From NCBI GenBank assembly GCA_041891055.1, contig CP169074.1, positions 1,408,001-1,472,000 of the forward strand: 64,000 nt of DNA. Direction: 5' to 3'. The translations under genes were made by a program, and so were the position numbers. Within the stretch, counting starts at the first letter, position 1. Every line of letters begins with the position of its first letter. This document shows positions 39,131 to 49,168 of this stretch, in pieces. The notes under the pieces are model-generated. The model ran no database searches. It saw only the letters and a list, made by a program, of their open reading frames with translations, and had not been told where the DNA came from. This stretch comes from Halorutilales archaeon Cl-col2-1 (GTDB taxonomy: Archaea > Halobacteriota > Halobacteria > Halobacteriales > Afararchaeaceae).

Positions 39131-40192
39131 ATGAAACAGAGAGACGAACTCAGACGTATGGTCTATGCGGCTCTGTTTGCCGCGCTCGCGGGAGCCGGGT
39201 CGCTTTTGGCTGTTCCGATAGGCCCCGTTCCGGTTACGCTTCAGGCTTTCTTCGTCTTCCTTCCGGGGCTGGTCTTAGGAGCGAGATGGGGCTTCATCTC
39301 GATATCTCTCTACCTTCTCTTAGGAGTCGTTGGATTCCCCGTCTACGCCGGGGGGTCGGCGGGTATAGGACATCTCCTGGGTCCGACGGCGGGCTACCTC
39401 TTCTCGTTCCCGATAGCCGCGGGGATTATAGGCTACGCGGGCGAGATGGGTAAGGGACGTCCGGGATTCCAGAGACTCGGCTTGAAGGTCGCCGGAGGAA
39501 TCGTGGGTCTCGGAGTCAACCACGGAATGGGAGTCGCACAGCTAATGAACTACTACGGCATGGGACTCAGCGCGGCGGTCGCGGCGGGCTCCCTGCCCTT
39601 CATAGTCCCTGACCTTATCAAGCTCGGCGCTGCGGTCGGTGTCTCGGAGAGTCTCGGGAAGTACGGCGTCGAGACAGAGTCGGGTGGACCTGACCTTAGA
39701 GGAAACGAGGAGAGGTCATTCTACGCGACCGTCCTCGGGATAGGTCTCGTTATGGGCGGTCTGATACCGTGGGCGTACCTAGAGAACTCCGAGGGGCTCT
39801 CAGCAGGTATAAAAGGCATCTCGTCGGGTGGCTCTGTGACACTCACGGGTGAAGAAGCCGAAGCGGTCGTGACAGGGGTTCCGTCGTTACAGCTCTACGG
39901 AGTCACAGCCATGGTTCTCGGAGCCGTAGTCCTCATGACCGCCTTCGCGGGTCTGAGATGGTTGGAGAGAAAGGAGGTGTACACAGCCGTCGTATACGGT
40001 ACCGCCGGTGTAGCAGGTGTTCTACTCGCGGCGGTATCGTACTCGGCTGTGTCGTCGTGGGAGTTAGGAGCTACCGCGAGCGTGGGTTACGGGGTCTATC
40101 TCGTCGGAATAATGGGTCTCGGACTCGTCGGACTCGGCGTCCACACGGTGAGATCGAAGGGAGAGGCGGGAGTCATATCGTCGTCGGCATGA
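39131..40192 (+). CDS. bioY: BioY biotin ECF S-component with extra C-terminal membrane domain
   Basis: PVPVTLQ, G.PVYAGG, GPTAGYL, LPFIVPDLIK in first about 175 aa. Confidence 0.85.
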   Translation: MKQRDELRRMVYAALFAALAGAGSLLAVPIGPVPVTLQAFFVFLPGLVLGARWGFISISLYLLLGVVGFPVYAGGSAGIGHLLGPTAGYLFSFPIAAGIIGYAGEMGKGRPGFQRLGLKVAGGIVGLGVNHGMGVAQLMNYYGMGLSAAVAAGSLPFIVPDLIKLGAAVGVSESLGKYGVETESGGPDLRGNEERSFYATVLGIGLVMGGLIPWAYLENSEGLSAGIKGISSGGSVTLTGEEAEAVVTGVPSLQLYGVTAMVLGAVVLMTAFAGLRWLERKEVYTAVVYGTAGVAGVLLAAVSYSAVSSWELGATASVGYGVYLVGIMGLGLVGLGVHTVRSKGEAGVISSSA

Positions 40193-40992
40193 GCATAGTA
40201 GAGATCGACGGCCTCGTCCACAGATACGAGAACGACGGCGACGCAGCCGTTAGTGGCGTAAGTCTCTCGATCGACGAAGGTGAGTTCGTCCTCGTCTGCG
40301 GAAGAAACGGAAGCGGCAAGACGACACTTCTGCGCCATCTCAACGCCCTACTCGAACCCGACGAGGGTGAGGTCAAAGTCGACGGGAAGATAGCACACGA
40401 GAACAAGACCCACGCAAGGACGACTGTCGGTATGGTCTTCCAGGACGCGAGGTCACAGATAGTCGGAGAGACCGTCGAAGACGACGTCGCATTCGGTCCC
40501 GAGAACCTGGGTCTCGAAGACGACGAGATAAGGAGACGCGTTGACAGAGCACTCTCCGACCTCAGCATACGCCATCTTTCTGACAGGTCACCGAGGAGTC
40601 TTTCGGGAGGTGAGGTTAGACGCCTCGCAGTCGCTGGAGTCTTAGCAATGGAGCCGCGCGTCGTCGTCCTCGACGAGCCTCTCGCGGGTCTCGACTCCGA
40701 GGGTGTCGAAGACGTACTCGAAGCCCTCGAATCGCTCAAACGGAAAGGTATGACAGTACTCGTCGCCACCCACTCGACCGGCGATTTTATCGAGTCGGAT
40801 GTCCCCGACAGGATGGTAGTAGTCGACGACGGCAAGGTGGTCGAGGACGGCGAACCTTTCGAGACTCTATTCTCAGGTGTCGAGGAGTACGGAGTCCCCG
40901 AGCCCTACGTCGTGAGGCTTCTGAGACGTGCGGGAGTCGACGCCGAGGCTGTCGAAGGAGCACAGCCGAAGGAAGTCGTCGATCTAATATGA
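40189..40992 (+). CDS. ECF transporter ATPase
   Basis: GRNGSGKTT, LSGGE, LDEP; ATG at 40189 overlaps bioY stop. Confidence 0.9.
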   Translation: MSIVEIDGLVHRYENDGDAAVSGVSLSIDEGEFVLVCGRNGSGKTTLLRHLNALLEPDEGEVKVDGKIAHENKTHARTTVGMVFQDARSQIVGETVEDDVAFGPENLGLEDDEIRRRVDRALSDLSIRHLSDRSPRSLSGGEVRRLAVAGVLAMEPRVVVLDEPLAGLDSEGVEDVLEALESLKRKGMTVLVATHSTGDFIESDVPDRMVVVDDGKVVEDGEPFETLFSGVEEYGVPEPYVVRLLRRAGVDAEAVEGAQPKEVVDLI

Positions 40993-41720
40993 AGCCAAGA
41001 TACTCTAAGGACGAGACACATCTCCACGGTCTCGACGCGAGATCAAAGCTCGTGAGTCTGACACTCGTGTCGGTAGGCGTTATGGTCTCACCGCCCCAGA
41101 GCGGTCTACTTCTGGGTCTTACCGCAGTTGGCGTCGGTGTCGTACTCACAGGTATCCGTCTCGGAAGTCTACTTAGAGACATCTGGATAGCTCTTCCTAT
41201 AATGGTAGTCGGAAGCCTCGGAAGATGGTACACGACGGGATTCGCGACGTCGGGACTCATAGACGGCGGGGTCGCGAGCGCGCGTTTCGGTATAGTCCTC
41301 TCACTCGCGTACGTCTTCTCCTACACGACATCGCCGACAGAGACACGTCTCGCAGTCGAGTACTTCCTGGGACACGTGCCTTTCGTCAACGAGACCGACT
41401 GGGGGGCGATGGTCGAGGTCGCGGCGCGTTTTGTTCCTCTCGTATCCGACGCGACACGTGAGGTCAGGGAAGCAAATAAGGCACGTCTCGGGGACACGAG
41501 AGGCTGGACACGGAGAGTAAGATCGGTATCGATACCTCTCGTGACACGTATGGTCGAAAGGGCGGACACTCTCGTTCTTGCGATGTCGTCGCGCGCCTAC
41601 TCGGAGGACAGAACCAGTCTGAGAAGCCTCGGATGGAAAAGAGACGACACGGCTCTCGTCGCCGCGTCGGTGGTGGGTGTCGTGTTGTCGTTGTCTTTTT
41701 CTCTGTCCCAGTATCTTTAG
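40989..41720 (+). CDS. ECF transporter T component
   Basis: LDARSKL, ARFVP, ARL/SRAY coupling motifs. Confidence 0.88.
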   Translation: MKPRYSKDETHLHGLDARSKLVSLTLVSVGVMVSPPQSGLLLGLTAVGVGVVLTGIRLGSLLRDIWIALPIMVVGSLGRWYTTGFATSGLIDGGVASARFGIVLSLAYVFSYTTSPTETRLAVEYFLGHVPFVNETDWGAMVEVAARFVPLVSDATREVREANKARLGDTRGWTRRVRSVSIPLVTRMVERADTLVLAMSSRAYSEDRTSLRSLGWKRDDTALVAASVVGVVLSLSFSLSQYL

Positions 41721-41721
41721 T

Positions 41722-42012
41722 TCAGCCCGTGAGAAGGAGCGTCCACGATATGAACCAGAGGTCGAATGTCATGAAGCCTACGTAGAGCCAGTCCTTCGTG
41801 TCCATCTCTTCCTTTCCGAGGTACGGCAGAAGTGGCTTCTGTGCCCCTATGGCTCCGACGAGGAGGTAGAGACCCCAGATGTCGCCGAGTCCCATCGAGG
41901 TAGTCACGAACCAGGAGGCTGCTGCGGCAAGAATGCCGAAGACGGATGAGAGTGCGGTGACCTTGACGCCGCGTATGTGTGCCTCTCTCTTTTCGTGGGC
42001 TTTGGCTGCCAT
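41722..42012 (-). CDS. EMC6-like archaeal membrane protein
   Basis: Three TM helices, KDWLYVGFMTFDLWFISWT. Confidence 0.65.
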   Translation of the reverse strand: MAAKAHEKREAHIRGVKVTALSSVFGILAAAASWFVTTSMGLGDIWGLYLLVGAIGAQKPLLPYLGKEEMDTKDWLYVGFMTFDLWFISWTLLLTG

Positions 42013-42105
42013 TAGGCTGACTCAGTCTTCGAGTTCCTTAATCCCTTTCTTTCGGTAGTCGGAACGTACCACTACGCTCATACGGCAAAGAGACGTACTC
42101 GGAAC

Positions 42106-43350
42106 ATGAACGACGTACTCGAAGAAGCCAGATGCGTCCTCGACGAGGGCGACGTCTGTGACTACTGTCTCGGGAGGAGGTTTGCGACTCTGTCGTACGG
42201 TCTGTCGAACCGTGAGAGAGGTAAGGCTGTCAGGACTGCTGTCGCCCTCGAAGACGACGACGAGTTCGAGGACGCAGCCAGCGACGACTGCTGGGTCTGT
42301 GACGGCGCGTTCACACGTCTCGACGACTGGGCGGAGAGAGTAGTCGAGAGCTTAGAAGGATACGACTTCGACAACTTCTTAGTCGGCACACGTACGCCGC
42401 CGCTCGTAGAAGAAAACGAGAGCCTCCTCGACAGTATCTGTGGCGACGACAACGCCAAGAGCTTCAGACACGACTACAACCGCGAGGTCGGAAAGAGGGT
42501 AGGCGAGAAGGTCGGAAAGGACGTCGAGTTCGAACGTCCCGATGTCGTCGGCATACTCAACCTCCAGGAGGACGAGGTCGAGGTTCAGATAAACCCGGTC
42601 TTCATCTACGGCAGGTACAGGAAGCTCGAACGGGGAATTCCCCAGACTGAATGGCCCTGTCGTGACTGTGGGGGAAGAGGCTGTGAGAGGTGTGACGGCA
42701 CGGGATATATGTACGACGAGAGCGTCGAGGAGATAATACGTCCCCACGTGATAGAGGCGACCGAGGGCGACGAGATGGTCTTCCACGGTGCGGGAAGAGA
42801 AGACGTCGACGCGAAGATGCTCGGATCGGGGAGACCCTTCGTAGCCGAGGTCAAGGAGCCCCGAGTGAGACGTCCCGGCTTAGACGAGATACGTCAGAAG
42901 GTCAACGGGACGGGTAAGGTCGAGGTCGAGGATCTCCACTTCGTGACGCGCGACACTGTCGAGAGGGTCAAGAGCCTCGACTCGTCGAAGAGATACCGCG
43001 CGAAGGTCGTCTTCTCCGAGGAGGTCTCCGACGACGAACTCGACGACGCCCTGAGTGAGATAGAGGGAGAGATAGAACAGAGAACACCCGACAGGGTCTC
43101 ACACAGACGCGCTGACAAGGTGCGAAGGCGTGAGGTCTACGACGCCGAGGGCGAAACAGAAGACGAGACGACCGCGACAGTCGAGGTACACGGCACGGGA
43201 GGTCTCTACATAAAGGAGCTTATCTCGGGAGACGGGGGCAGAACGAACCCGAGTCTGTCAGGTCTCTTGGGAGTCGACGCCGAGGTCGAGAGCCTCGATG
43301 TCGTCGACGTCATAGGCGACTACCTCAAGGACGACTACATCAAGGAGTGA
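42106..43350 (+). CDS. pus10: tRNA pseudouridine 54/55 synthase
   Basis: CDYCLGR, FHGAGREDVD, GGLYIKELISGD. Confidence 0.95.
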   Translation: MNDVLEEARCVLDEGDVCDYCLGRRFATLSYGLSNRERGKAVRTAVALEDDDEFEDAASDDCWVCDGAFTRLDDWAERVVESLEGYDFDNFLVGTRTPPLVEENESLLDSICGDDNAKSFRHDYNREVGKRVGEKVGKDVEFERPDVVGILNLQEDEVEVQINPVFIYGRYRKLERGIPQTEWPCRDCGGRGCERCDGTGYMYDESVEEIIRPHVIEATEGDEMVFHGAGREDVDAKMLGSGRPFVAEVKEPRVRRPGLDEIRQKVNGTGKVEVEDLHFVTRDTVERVKSLDSSKRYRAKVVFSEEVSDDELDDALSEIEGEIEQRTPDRVSHRRADKVRRREVYDAEGETEDETTATVEVHGTGGLYIKELISGDGGRTNPSLSGLLGVDAEVESLDVVDVIGDYLKDDYIKE

Positions 43351-43381
43351 AAGCGGGGGAAATAGAGATAGTAGAACACAA

Positions 43382-43447
43382 GACGGCTCGGTTTGGGTTT
43401 TCATTCACACTCGGGCTCAGTGGGGGTAACGCGTCGTCATCGCCGTC
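43382..43447 (-). ncRNA. Box C/D guide sRNA (predicted target 23S rRNA GGGGGUAAC, sR41-like)
   Basis: Minus strand: GACGGC-GAUGACGA(C)-CGCGUUACCCCCA-CUGA(D')-GCCCGAGU-GUGAAUGA(C')-AAACCCAAA-CCGA(D)-GCCGUC with 6-bp terminal stem. Confidence 0.8.
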
Positions 43448-43601
43448 AACTCGGCTACGTCGCTTAGGAGGATTAAGCCAGCGGTTTCTGCCGGCGTCAG
43501 GCAAAGTTTTTTAACCACAAAGCCGCGTGGTATAGATAGACACAAGAGATACGGTATAGCTCTATCTTAAAAGTTAAAGCCGTATAACTGACAGATCAAG
43601 T

Positions 43602-43883
43602 ATGATTGACCGTCTAGAGAAGGAAGTCGATATGCTGGAACGCCACCTGACCGTCCTCAAGATGGTCAGCGAGAACGCTCCGATAGGGATAGTAAAGCTG
43701 AGCGACGAGACGGGGTATCCCCACCACAAGATACGTTACTCGCTTCGTGTCCTTGAGGAGGAGAACCTCATAGAGCCGTCGTCACAGGGCGCTATAACCA
43801 CGGAGGACACTGAGGAGTTCATAGAGTCTCTCGACGACAAGATCGACGAGATGACTCAGCGTCTTCAGGACATGAAGATATAG
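43602..43883 (+). CDS. Conserved winged-HTH protein
   Basis: PIGIVKLSDETGYPHHKIRYSLRVLE. Confidence 0.8.
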   Translation: MIDRLEKEVDMLERHLTVLKMVSENAPIGIVKLSDETGYPHHKIRYSLRVLEEENLIEPSSQGAITTEDTEEFIESLDDKIDEMTQRLQDMKI

Positions 43884-43923
43884 TACAGAAACAGAAAAAG
43901 CGCGTGGATCTGTTTTTCTGTCC

Positions 43924-44904
43924 TCAGTATCCCTCGGCGGACTCTATCTTACCCCACATCGTGGTATAGAGTATTCCGAAGTAGACGAAGATGAGGGGCA
44001 TGAGTATAGCCGAGCCTATAGTCATCAGGTTGAGCGGAAGCGTCGAGACTATAGCCTCGTCGTATCTGAGCCCGGTCGCTGGGTCGACGAGAGGGAACAT
44101 CACCGCGGCGACGTAGGCGACGAGTCCGAAGGCGAGTCCCGCCGCCGACGCGAATGCGACGTAGTTCCTCTTTCTGGATACCGAGTAGACGTAGATGACC
44201 GTCAGACCGAGACTGAGTGCGACGAGTCCAAGGGGTAAGGGGGAGACTAGCGACCCCCTGATTCCGGGGTAGAAGACGTATATGTATCCGAGACCCGCGA
44301 CGAGGAGACCGAGGTACGCCACCGCCGAGATGACGCCGTACTTCGAGACGTCGATGTCGGTCTTGACGCTGAGGAAAGCCGCGCCGTCGAGAACCGTGAG
44401 TGCGACGAGGACGGCTCCGACGACTACTGCGGGGAGGTTGACTATACTCGTCGCGCCGAGGAGCCAGTTAGAGGTGAAGGCTCCGAGGAAGAAGGGCGAC
44501 GCCGTGCTTCCGAATATGAAGGCACGTCCCCACCACTTCTGCCACGTCTCGTCGTGTCTCTGTTCGTAGAACTCGGGTGCGAGCCCTCGTATTATGAGAG
44601 ATCCGAGAATGGCGAACATAAGGAGGTAGTTCCGGCTGAAGAGGTTGGCGTACACCTCGGGGAAAGCAGCGAAGAGGGCTCCTCCGAAGACGACTAACCA
44701 GACCTCGTTTCCGTCCCAGAAGGGTCCTATTGCGGCGAGTATCTTCTCCTGTGCCTCGTGATCCTCGAAGGCGAATATGATCCCCGCTCCGAAGTCGAAT
44801 CCGTCGAGGAAGACGAACATCCCGAGTATGAAGAAGATCAGACCGAACCAGATCTCCTGGAGCGGGAGTCCGAGTATGTGGTGTGTGCTTAGTGTGAGTA
44901 TCAT
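43924..44904 (-). CDS. cydB: Cytochrome bd oxidase subunit II
   Basis: LDGFDFG, GPFWDGNEVWLV. Confidence 0.95.
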   Translation of the reverse strand: MILTLSTHHILGLPLQEIWFGLIFFILGMFVFLDGFDFGAGIIFAFEDHEAQEKILAAIGPFWDGNEVWLVVFGGALFAAFPEVYANLFSRNYLLMFAILGSLIIRGLAPEFYEQRHDETWQKWWGRAFIFGSTASPFFLGAFTSNWLLGATSIVNLPAVVVGAVLVALTVLDGAAFLSVKTDIDVSKYGVISAVAYLGLLVAGLGYIYVFYPGIRGSLVSPLPLGLVALSLGLTVIYVYSVSRKRNYVAFASAAGLAFGLVAYVAAVMFPLVDPATGLRYDEAIVSTLPLNLMTIGSAILMPLIFVYFGILYTTMWGKIESAEGY

Positions 44905-44913
44905 TGTTGTCGT

Positions 44914-46353
44914 TTAGTCGTCACTCGGGACGCCGTAGGGCGTGTCTCTGTCTGTGTCCTTGTCGGTGTCGGTGCCTGCGTCTGTTCCTCTCCTGCCCTC
45001 CTCATCAACTCCGTCAACCTCGGGAGGACCCTCACGTATAATCCTGTATACGACGTACGAGTAGACGCCGAGTATCGCTGCGTATCCGAGGACGAAGCCC
45101 GTGAGTGTTAGAACTGCATCGCCTGAAGTAAGCGTGGGTGAGACTGCATCCTGTGTCTTCATGACTCCCTGTATGACCCACGGCTGTCTGCCGACCTCTG
45201 TGACGACCCAGCCTGTCTCTACTGCGACAATACCGAGAGGTGCCGAGGCTACCATCGCCTTGTGGAGTAGGTCGTCCTCGAAGAGTTCGTCCTTCCACCA
45301 TCTGTAGGCTCCCCAGAATGCGAGGACGACGAACCAGGTTCCTATCGCTACCATGACCCTGAACGCCCAGAAGACTATCGCTACGGGCGGAGCCTGGGTG
45401 TCGAATGACTCCAGACCCCGTATCTCGGCAGTCGGATCGCCCCCGCTCGCTAGCCACGAGGCTCCTCCGGGTATTCCTATTCCGAATATCTCCTTAGCGC
45501 GCGGGTTGGTTATCTGATCGAGACTCGTCGGAACAGCAAAGAGGTACTCGGGGACGTACGACTCGGTCTCCCAGACAGCCTCCATCGCCGCGAACTTCTG
45601 TGGCTGTGTCTCGACTACGTGGCGTCCGTAGGCGTCTCCGTGGATGACCTGGAACGGAGCGACGAGAACCATGACTAGGAGGGCTATCTTGAGAGTCTTC
45701 CTCCAGAACCGCGAGTCACGGTTAGTCCAGACGTGGTAGGCGGCGACGCCTGCCATGAAGACGGCGACCGAGAGGACGGCGGCACTCTGCATATGCGTGT
45801 ACATCCACGGGAACCTCGGGTTGGCGTATGCGGCTATCGGGTCGACGAGTGTGATTATGGGCTGTCCGTCCTCCATGACTGTCTCGAATCCCCTCGGCGT
45901 CTGCATCCATGAGTTGGCGATGAGTATCCAGAGCGCGGAGAGCCACGACCCGAGAGCGACCATCACTCCCGCGAAGAAATGGAGCTTGTCGGAGACTTTC
46001 TCCTTGCCGAAGAGGAAGATTCCGAGGAATGTGGCTTCGAGCATGAAAGCCATCATCCCCTCGACCGCGAGGGGTCCTCCGAATAGCTCTCCGACCGACT
46101 CCGAGAAGGCGGCGAAGTTGGTTCCGAACTCGAACTCGAGGACTATTCCTGTAACTGTGCCGACGACGAAGCTGACTGCAAATATCTTCGTCCAGAAGTC
46201 GCGGAGCTGTTCGTAGACTCCGTCGTCGGATCTCATGCTCTTCCACGTGAAGTAGACGAGGAACGGACCGAGTCCCATCGACATCACGGGGAAGATTATG
46301 TGTACGACCGTCGTCAGCGCGAACTGAAGACGGCTTGCGAATACTGGGTCCAT
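44914..46353 (-). CDS. cydA: Cytochrome bd oxidase subunit I
   Basis: SRLQFA..HI, EFGTN, QPQKFAAME, EVGRQPW. Confidence 0.96.
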   Translation of the reverse strand: MDPVFASRLQFALTTVVHIIFPVMSMGLGPFLVYFTWKSMRSDDGVYEQLRDFWTKIFAVSFVVGTVTGIVLEFEFGTNFAAFSESVGELFGGPLAVEGMMAFMLEATFLGIFLFGKEKVSDKLHFFAGVMVALGSWLSALWILIANSWMQTPRGFETVMEDGQPIITLVDPIAAYANPRFPWMYTHMQSAAVLSVAVFMAGVAAYHVWTNRDSRFWRKTLKIALLVMVLVAPFQVIHGDAYGRHVVETQPQKFAAMEAVWETESYVPEYLFAVPTSLDQITNPRAKEIFGIGIPGGASWLASGGDPTAEIRGLESFDTQAPPVAIVFWAFRVMVAIGTWFVVLAFWGAYRWWKDELFEDDLLHKAMVASAPLGIVAVETGWVVTEVGRQPWVIQGVMKTQDAVSPTLTSGDAVLTLTGFVLGYAAILGVYSYVVYRIIREGPPEVDGVDEEGRRGTDAGTDTDKDTDRDTPYGVPSDD

Positions 46354-46461
46354 ATTGGTTACCTCCTACTCTTGTAGTAGCTTCCGTAGACGCTTAACCC
46401 CTTCTTAAGAGCCAAGATTTAGTATGTGGATTGGTCTCAGCATGAAAGGAGCAATATTTGG

Positions 46462-47586
46462 CTAGTTCTCGACTGGTACGTCGACGAGGTTACCCCACTC
46501 GGTCCAAGAGCCGTCGTAGTTGGCGACCATGCCGTAGCCGAGTAGCTCTGAGAGGACGAACCAGACGAGAGACGACCTTTCGCCTATGCTACAGTAGACG
46601 ATGACGTCCCTGTCAGGGGTGATACCGCGATCCTCGAATAACGACTTGAGTTCGTCGCGGCTCTTGAACCTGCCGTCGTCGTCTATCGTCTTCGACCAGT
46701 GGAAAGCCTCGGCACTCGGAATATGTCCACCGACCTCGACCTGAGGAACCTCTCCCGGCGGCGCGAGGCTCTCACCTCTGAACTCCGACGGACTCCTGAC
46801 GTCGAGTATCTTGGTGTCCTGTCTGAGAGCCGCCTTTACGTCGTCCCTGTACGCACGTATCTGTTCGAGTGTCTGTCCGGCGTCGTAGTCGCGCTGGGTG
46901 AAGTCGGGGGTATCACACGTCTGGTCGTAACATCTCTCGTCCCAGTAGTTCTTGCCGCCGTTCATGAGGTATACGTCGTCGTGTCCGTAGTAGGTCATCA
47001 TCCAGTAGGCGTACGCAGCGAACCAGTTCCACTGGTTACCGTAGAGAACAACAGTCGAGTCCTCGGTGATCCCCTTCTCACCCATTATCTCCTCGTACGA
47101 CTTCTTGTCGGGGACTCCACGGCAGTTCTTCTGGGCTATGTCCTCCTCCCACGTCATCCTCGCCGCACCTGGTATGTGCCAGTCGTCGTAGGTCTCCCTC
47201 TCGGAGTCGACCTCGACGAGGCGCATAGACGTGTCATCTGTGGCGAACTCCTCGAGACGATCCTTCACCCAGTCAGCCTCTACGAGGACGTCGTTGGCGT
47301 ACTCCGACTCCTTTCCGAGAGCCTCATCGGAGAGCTCGTAACACGTCTGTCTCGCGTCGTGGACAGCGGGACTCGTATCGACGAAGCCCTCCTCTTCGAG
47401 GCGTTTAAGACCGTACCTAGTCGTACGTGTCGAGAGAAGTGTCTCCTCGGATATCTTCTTCTGAGTCATCCGTCCACATCTCTCAAGTGTCTTGTATATG
47501 AACTTAGAACTAGGTGGGAGTTCACGGAGTCTTTCTGTGATGGAGGGAGTCTCGGAGTCGGTGTTGGGACTGGAGTCTGATGACAT
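46462..47586 (-). CDS. MarR-like wHTH fused to tandem-domain thiosulfate sulfurtransferase
   Basis: aa about 15-85 LPPSSK..MTQ..I.EETLL..RTTRY.L..L...DARQ; then YANDVLV.ADW, HIPGA, YCSIGERSS, NYDGSWTEW. Confidence 0.85.
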   Translation of the reverse strand: MSSDSSPNTDSETPSITERLRELPPSSKFIYKTLERCGRMTQKKISEETLLSTRTTRYGLKRLEEEGFVDTSPAVHDARQTCYELSDEALGKESEYANDVLVEADWVKDRLEEFATDDTSMRLVEVDSERETYDDWHIPGAARMTWEEDIAQKNCRGVPDKKSYEEIMGEKGITEDSTVVLYGNQWNWFAAYAYWMMTYYGHDDVYLMNGGKNYWDERCYDQTCDTPDFTQRDYDAGQTLEQIRAYRDDVKAALRQDTKILDVRSPSEFRGESLAPPGEVPQVEVGGHIPSAEAFHWSKTIDDDGRFKSRDELKSLFEDRGITPDRDVIVYCSIGERSSLVWFVLSELLGYGMVANYDGSWTEWGNLVDVPVEN

Positions 47587-47754
47587 GGCTAGATATACGG
47601 GCTGAGTTATAATACTCTATGGGTTCGTACATCTAGAGAAAGAACTATGAAACCCGGCAATAAATGTTGGAACTTCGGCGTTTCTCAGAAGTACTAAACA
47701 TATTTTGGGCTTAGAGAACGTATAAGCCCGAACGTGTAATAGATACACACGACT

Positions 47755-48942
47755 ATGGCAGATAAGATAACCGTAGAGGAACTCAGAGACAAGCAGGACA
47801 GTGACGACGACTACGTTCTCGTAGACACGAGGAACCAGGAGGACTACGAGAACTGGCACATCGGCGGCGCAGTCAACGTCGAGTACTCCCACTCCGACGA
47901 CGAACTCAGAGGTGACTGGGAAGGGCTCGTCGAAGACCTCGGAATAGAGACGGACGACGAGATAGTCACGATCTGTGCGAAGGGCAAGTCGGCGAAGTCG
48001 TTCGCCGAGTATCTCGAAGGAGAAGGCTATACAGACGTAAAGAGCGTCGAGGGCGGCATGGAGTCGTGGAGCATGGTCTACGACATAGTCCCCGTAGCCA
48101 CACAGAGTGACGAGATAGACATCATACAGCTTCAGAGGAGATCGAAGGGATGTCTCGGATACATAGTCGGTGACAAGGCGACCGGGGAGGCTGCGGCGAT
48201 AGACGTCACACGTGCGACCGAGACATTCAAGAACGCCGCCGCCGATTACGGCTACGACATCGCTTACGTCTTAGACACACACATACACGCAGACCATATC
48301 TCGGGAGGAAGAAGGTTCGCTGAGGAGCTCGGTGTTCCGTACTACCTCGGAGAGAGAGCGAGAACGAGAGACCCCGACTACGACTTCGACGGCTTAGACC
48401 AGAACGAGGTACTCGAAGTCGGAGAGAACGTAGACATCAAGGCGATCCCGACGCCGGGACACACGACGGGAATGACGTCTTATCTCATCAACGACGAGGC
48501 TCTGACGACGGGAGACACAGTCTTCGTCGAGTCGATAGGACGCACGGAGCTCCAGTTCGCGGGAGACGAGGCAAAGGGAGGTGCTGAGATGCAGTACGAC
48601 ACCCTCCACGACAAGATTCTGTCGGAGCCCGACACAGTCAAGATACTCCCGGGACATTTCTCGGTCACAGACGACGGCGAGTTCATCGACGTCACACCCG
48701 GTACACCGATGATGACGACTGTCGGTTACCTCAGACAGAACAACAGAGCGCTCCAGATGGACGAAGACGAGTTCGTCGATTACATGTTCGACAACATACC
48801 CTCGAAGCCCCCCAACTACGAGAAGGTCATCGCCACCAACAGCGGCGACTACGAGCCTGAGGACAAAGCCGAGGAAGACGAACTCGAACTAGGTCCCAAC
48901 CGCTGTGCCGCGACCGAGGAAAGTATGGTCGCTGACGACTGA
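47755..48942 (+). CDS. Rhodanese + MBL-fold protein (persulfide dioxygenase-like)
   Basis: N-terminal rhodanese (CAKGKSA), DTHIHADHISG, TPGHT, PPNY, GPNRCA. Confidence 0.87.
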   Translation: MADKITVEELRDKQDSDDDYVLVDTRNQEDYENWHIGGAVNVEYSHSDDELRGDWEGLVEDLGIETDDEIVTICAKGKSAKSFAEYLEGEGYTDVKSVEGGMESWSMVYDIVPVATQSDEIDIIQLQRRSKGCLGYIVGDKATGEAAAIDVTRATETFKNAAADYGYDIAYVLDTHIHADHISGGRRFAEELGVPYYLGERARTRDPDYDFDGLDQNEVLEVGENVDIKAIPTPGHTTGMTSYLINDEALTTGDTVFVESIGRTELQFAGDEAKGGAEMQYDTLHDKILSEPDTVKILPGHFSVTDDGEFIDVTPGTPMMTTVGYLRQNNRALQMDEDEFVDYMFDNIPSKPPNYEKVIATNSGDYEPEDKAEEDELELGPNRCAATEESMVADD

Positions 48943-49017
48943 GACGGCGAGACACACACATACACACAACGGTTTGAACCCAATAAACAAAAACAACACA
49001 ACAGAAAGGACAGATCA

Positions 49018-49167
49018 ATGCTCGGACTAGAGTCATTATCGGCGAACGTGAAAGCCCTCGCCATAATCGGGATACTACTGACGGAGGCTATCGTGCTGAA
49101 CGCCTTCTACGGATTTCTCGACCAGGCGTTTGCTCCAACCATAATGAAGTACATAAAGGGTGAATGA
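49018..49167 (+). CDS. Small membrane protein preceding TauE (49 aa, absent from ORF track)
   Basis: Manual translation MLGLESLSANVKALAIIGILLTEAIVLNAFYGFLDQAFAPTIMKYIKGE; stop 1 nt before tauE ATG. Confidence 0.65.
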   Translation: MLGLESLSANVKALAIIGILLTEAIVLNAFYGFLDQAFAPTIMKYIKGE

Positions 49168-49168
49168 G

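Noticed and set aside
46699-47580. Long antisense and off-frame ORFs (also 9598-10302, 58323-59048, 60856-61644 and many others)
   Set aside because: Shadows of high-GC codon bias opposite well-supported genes; no motifs
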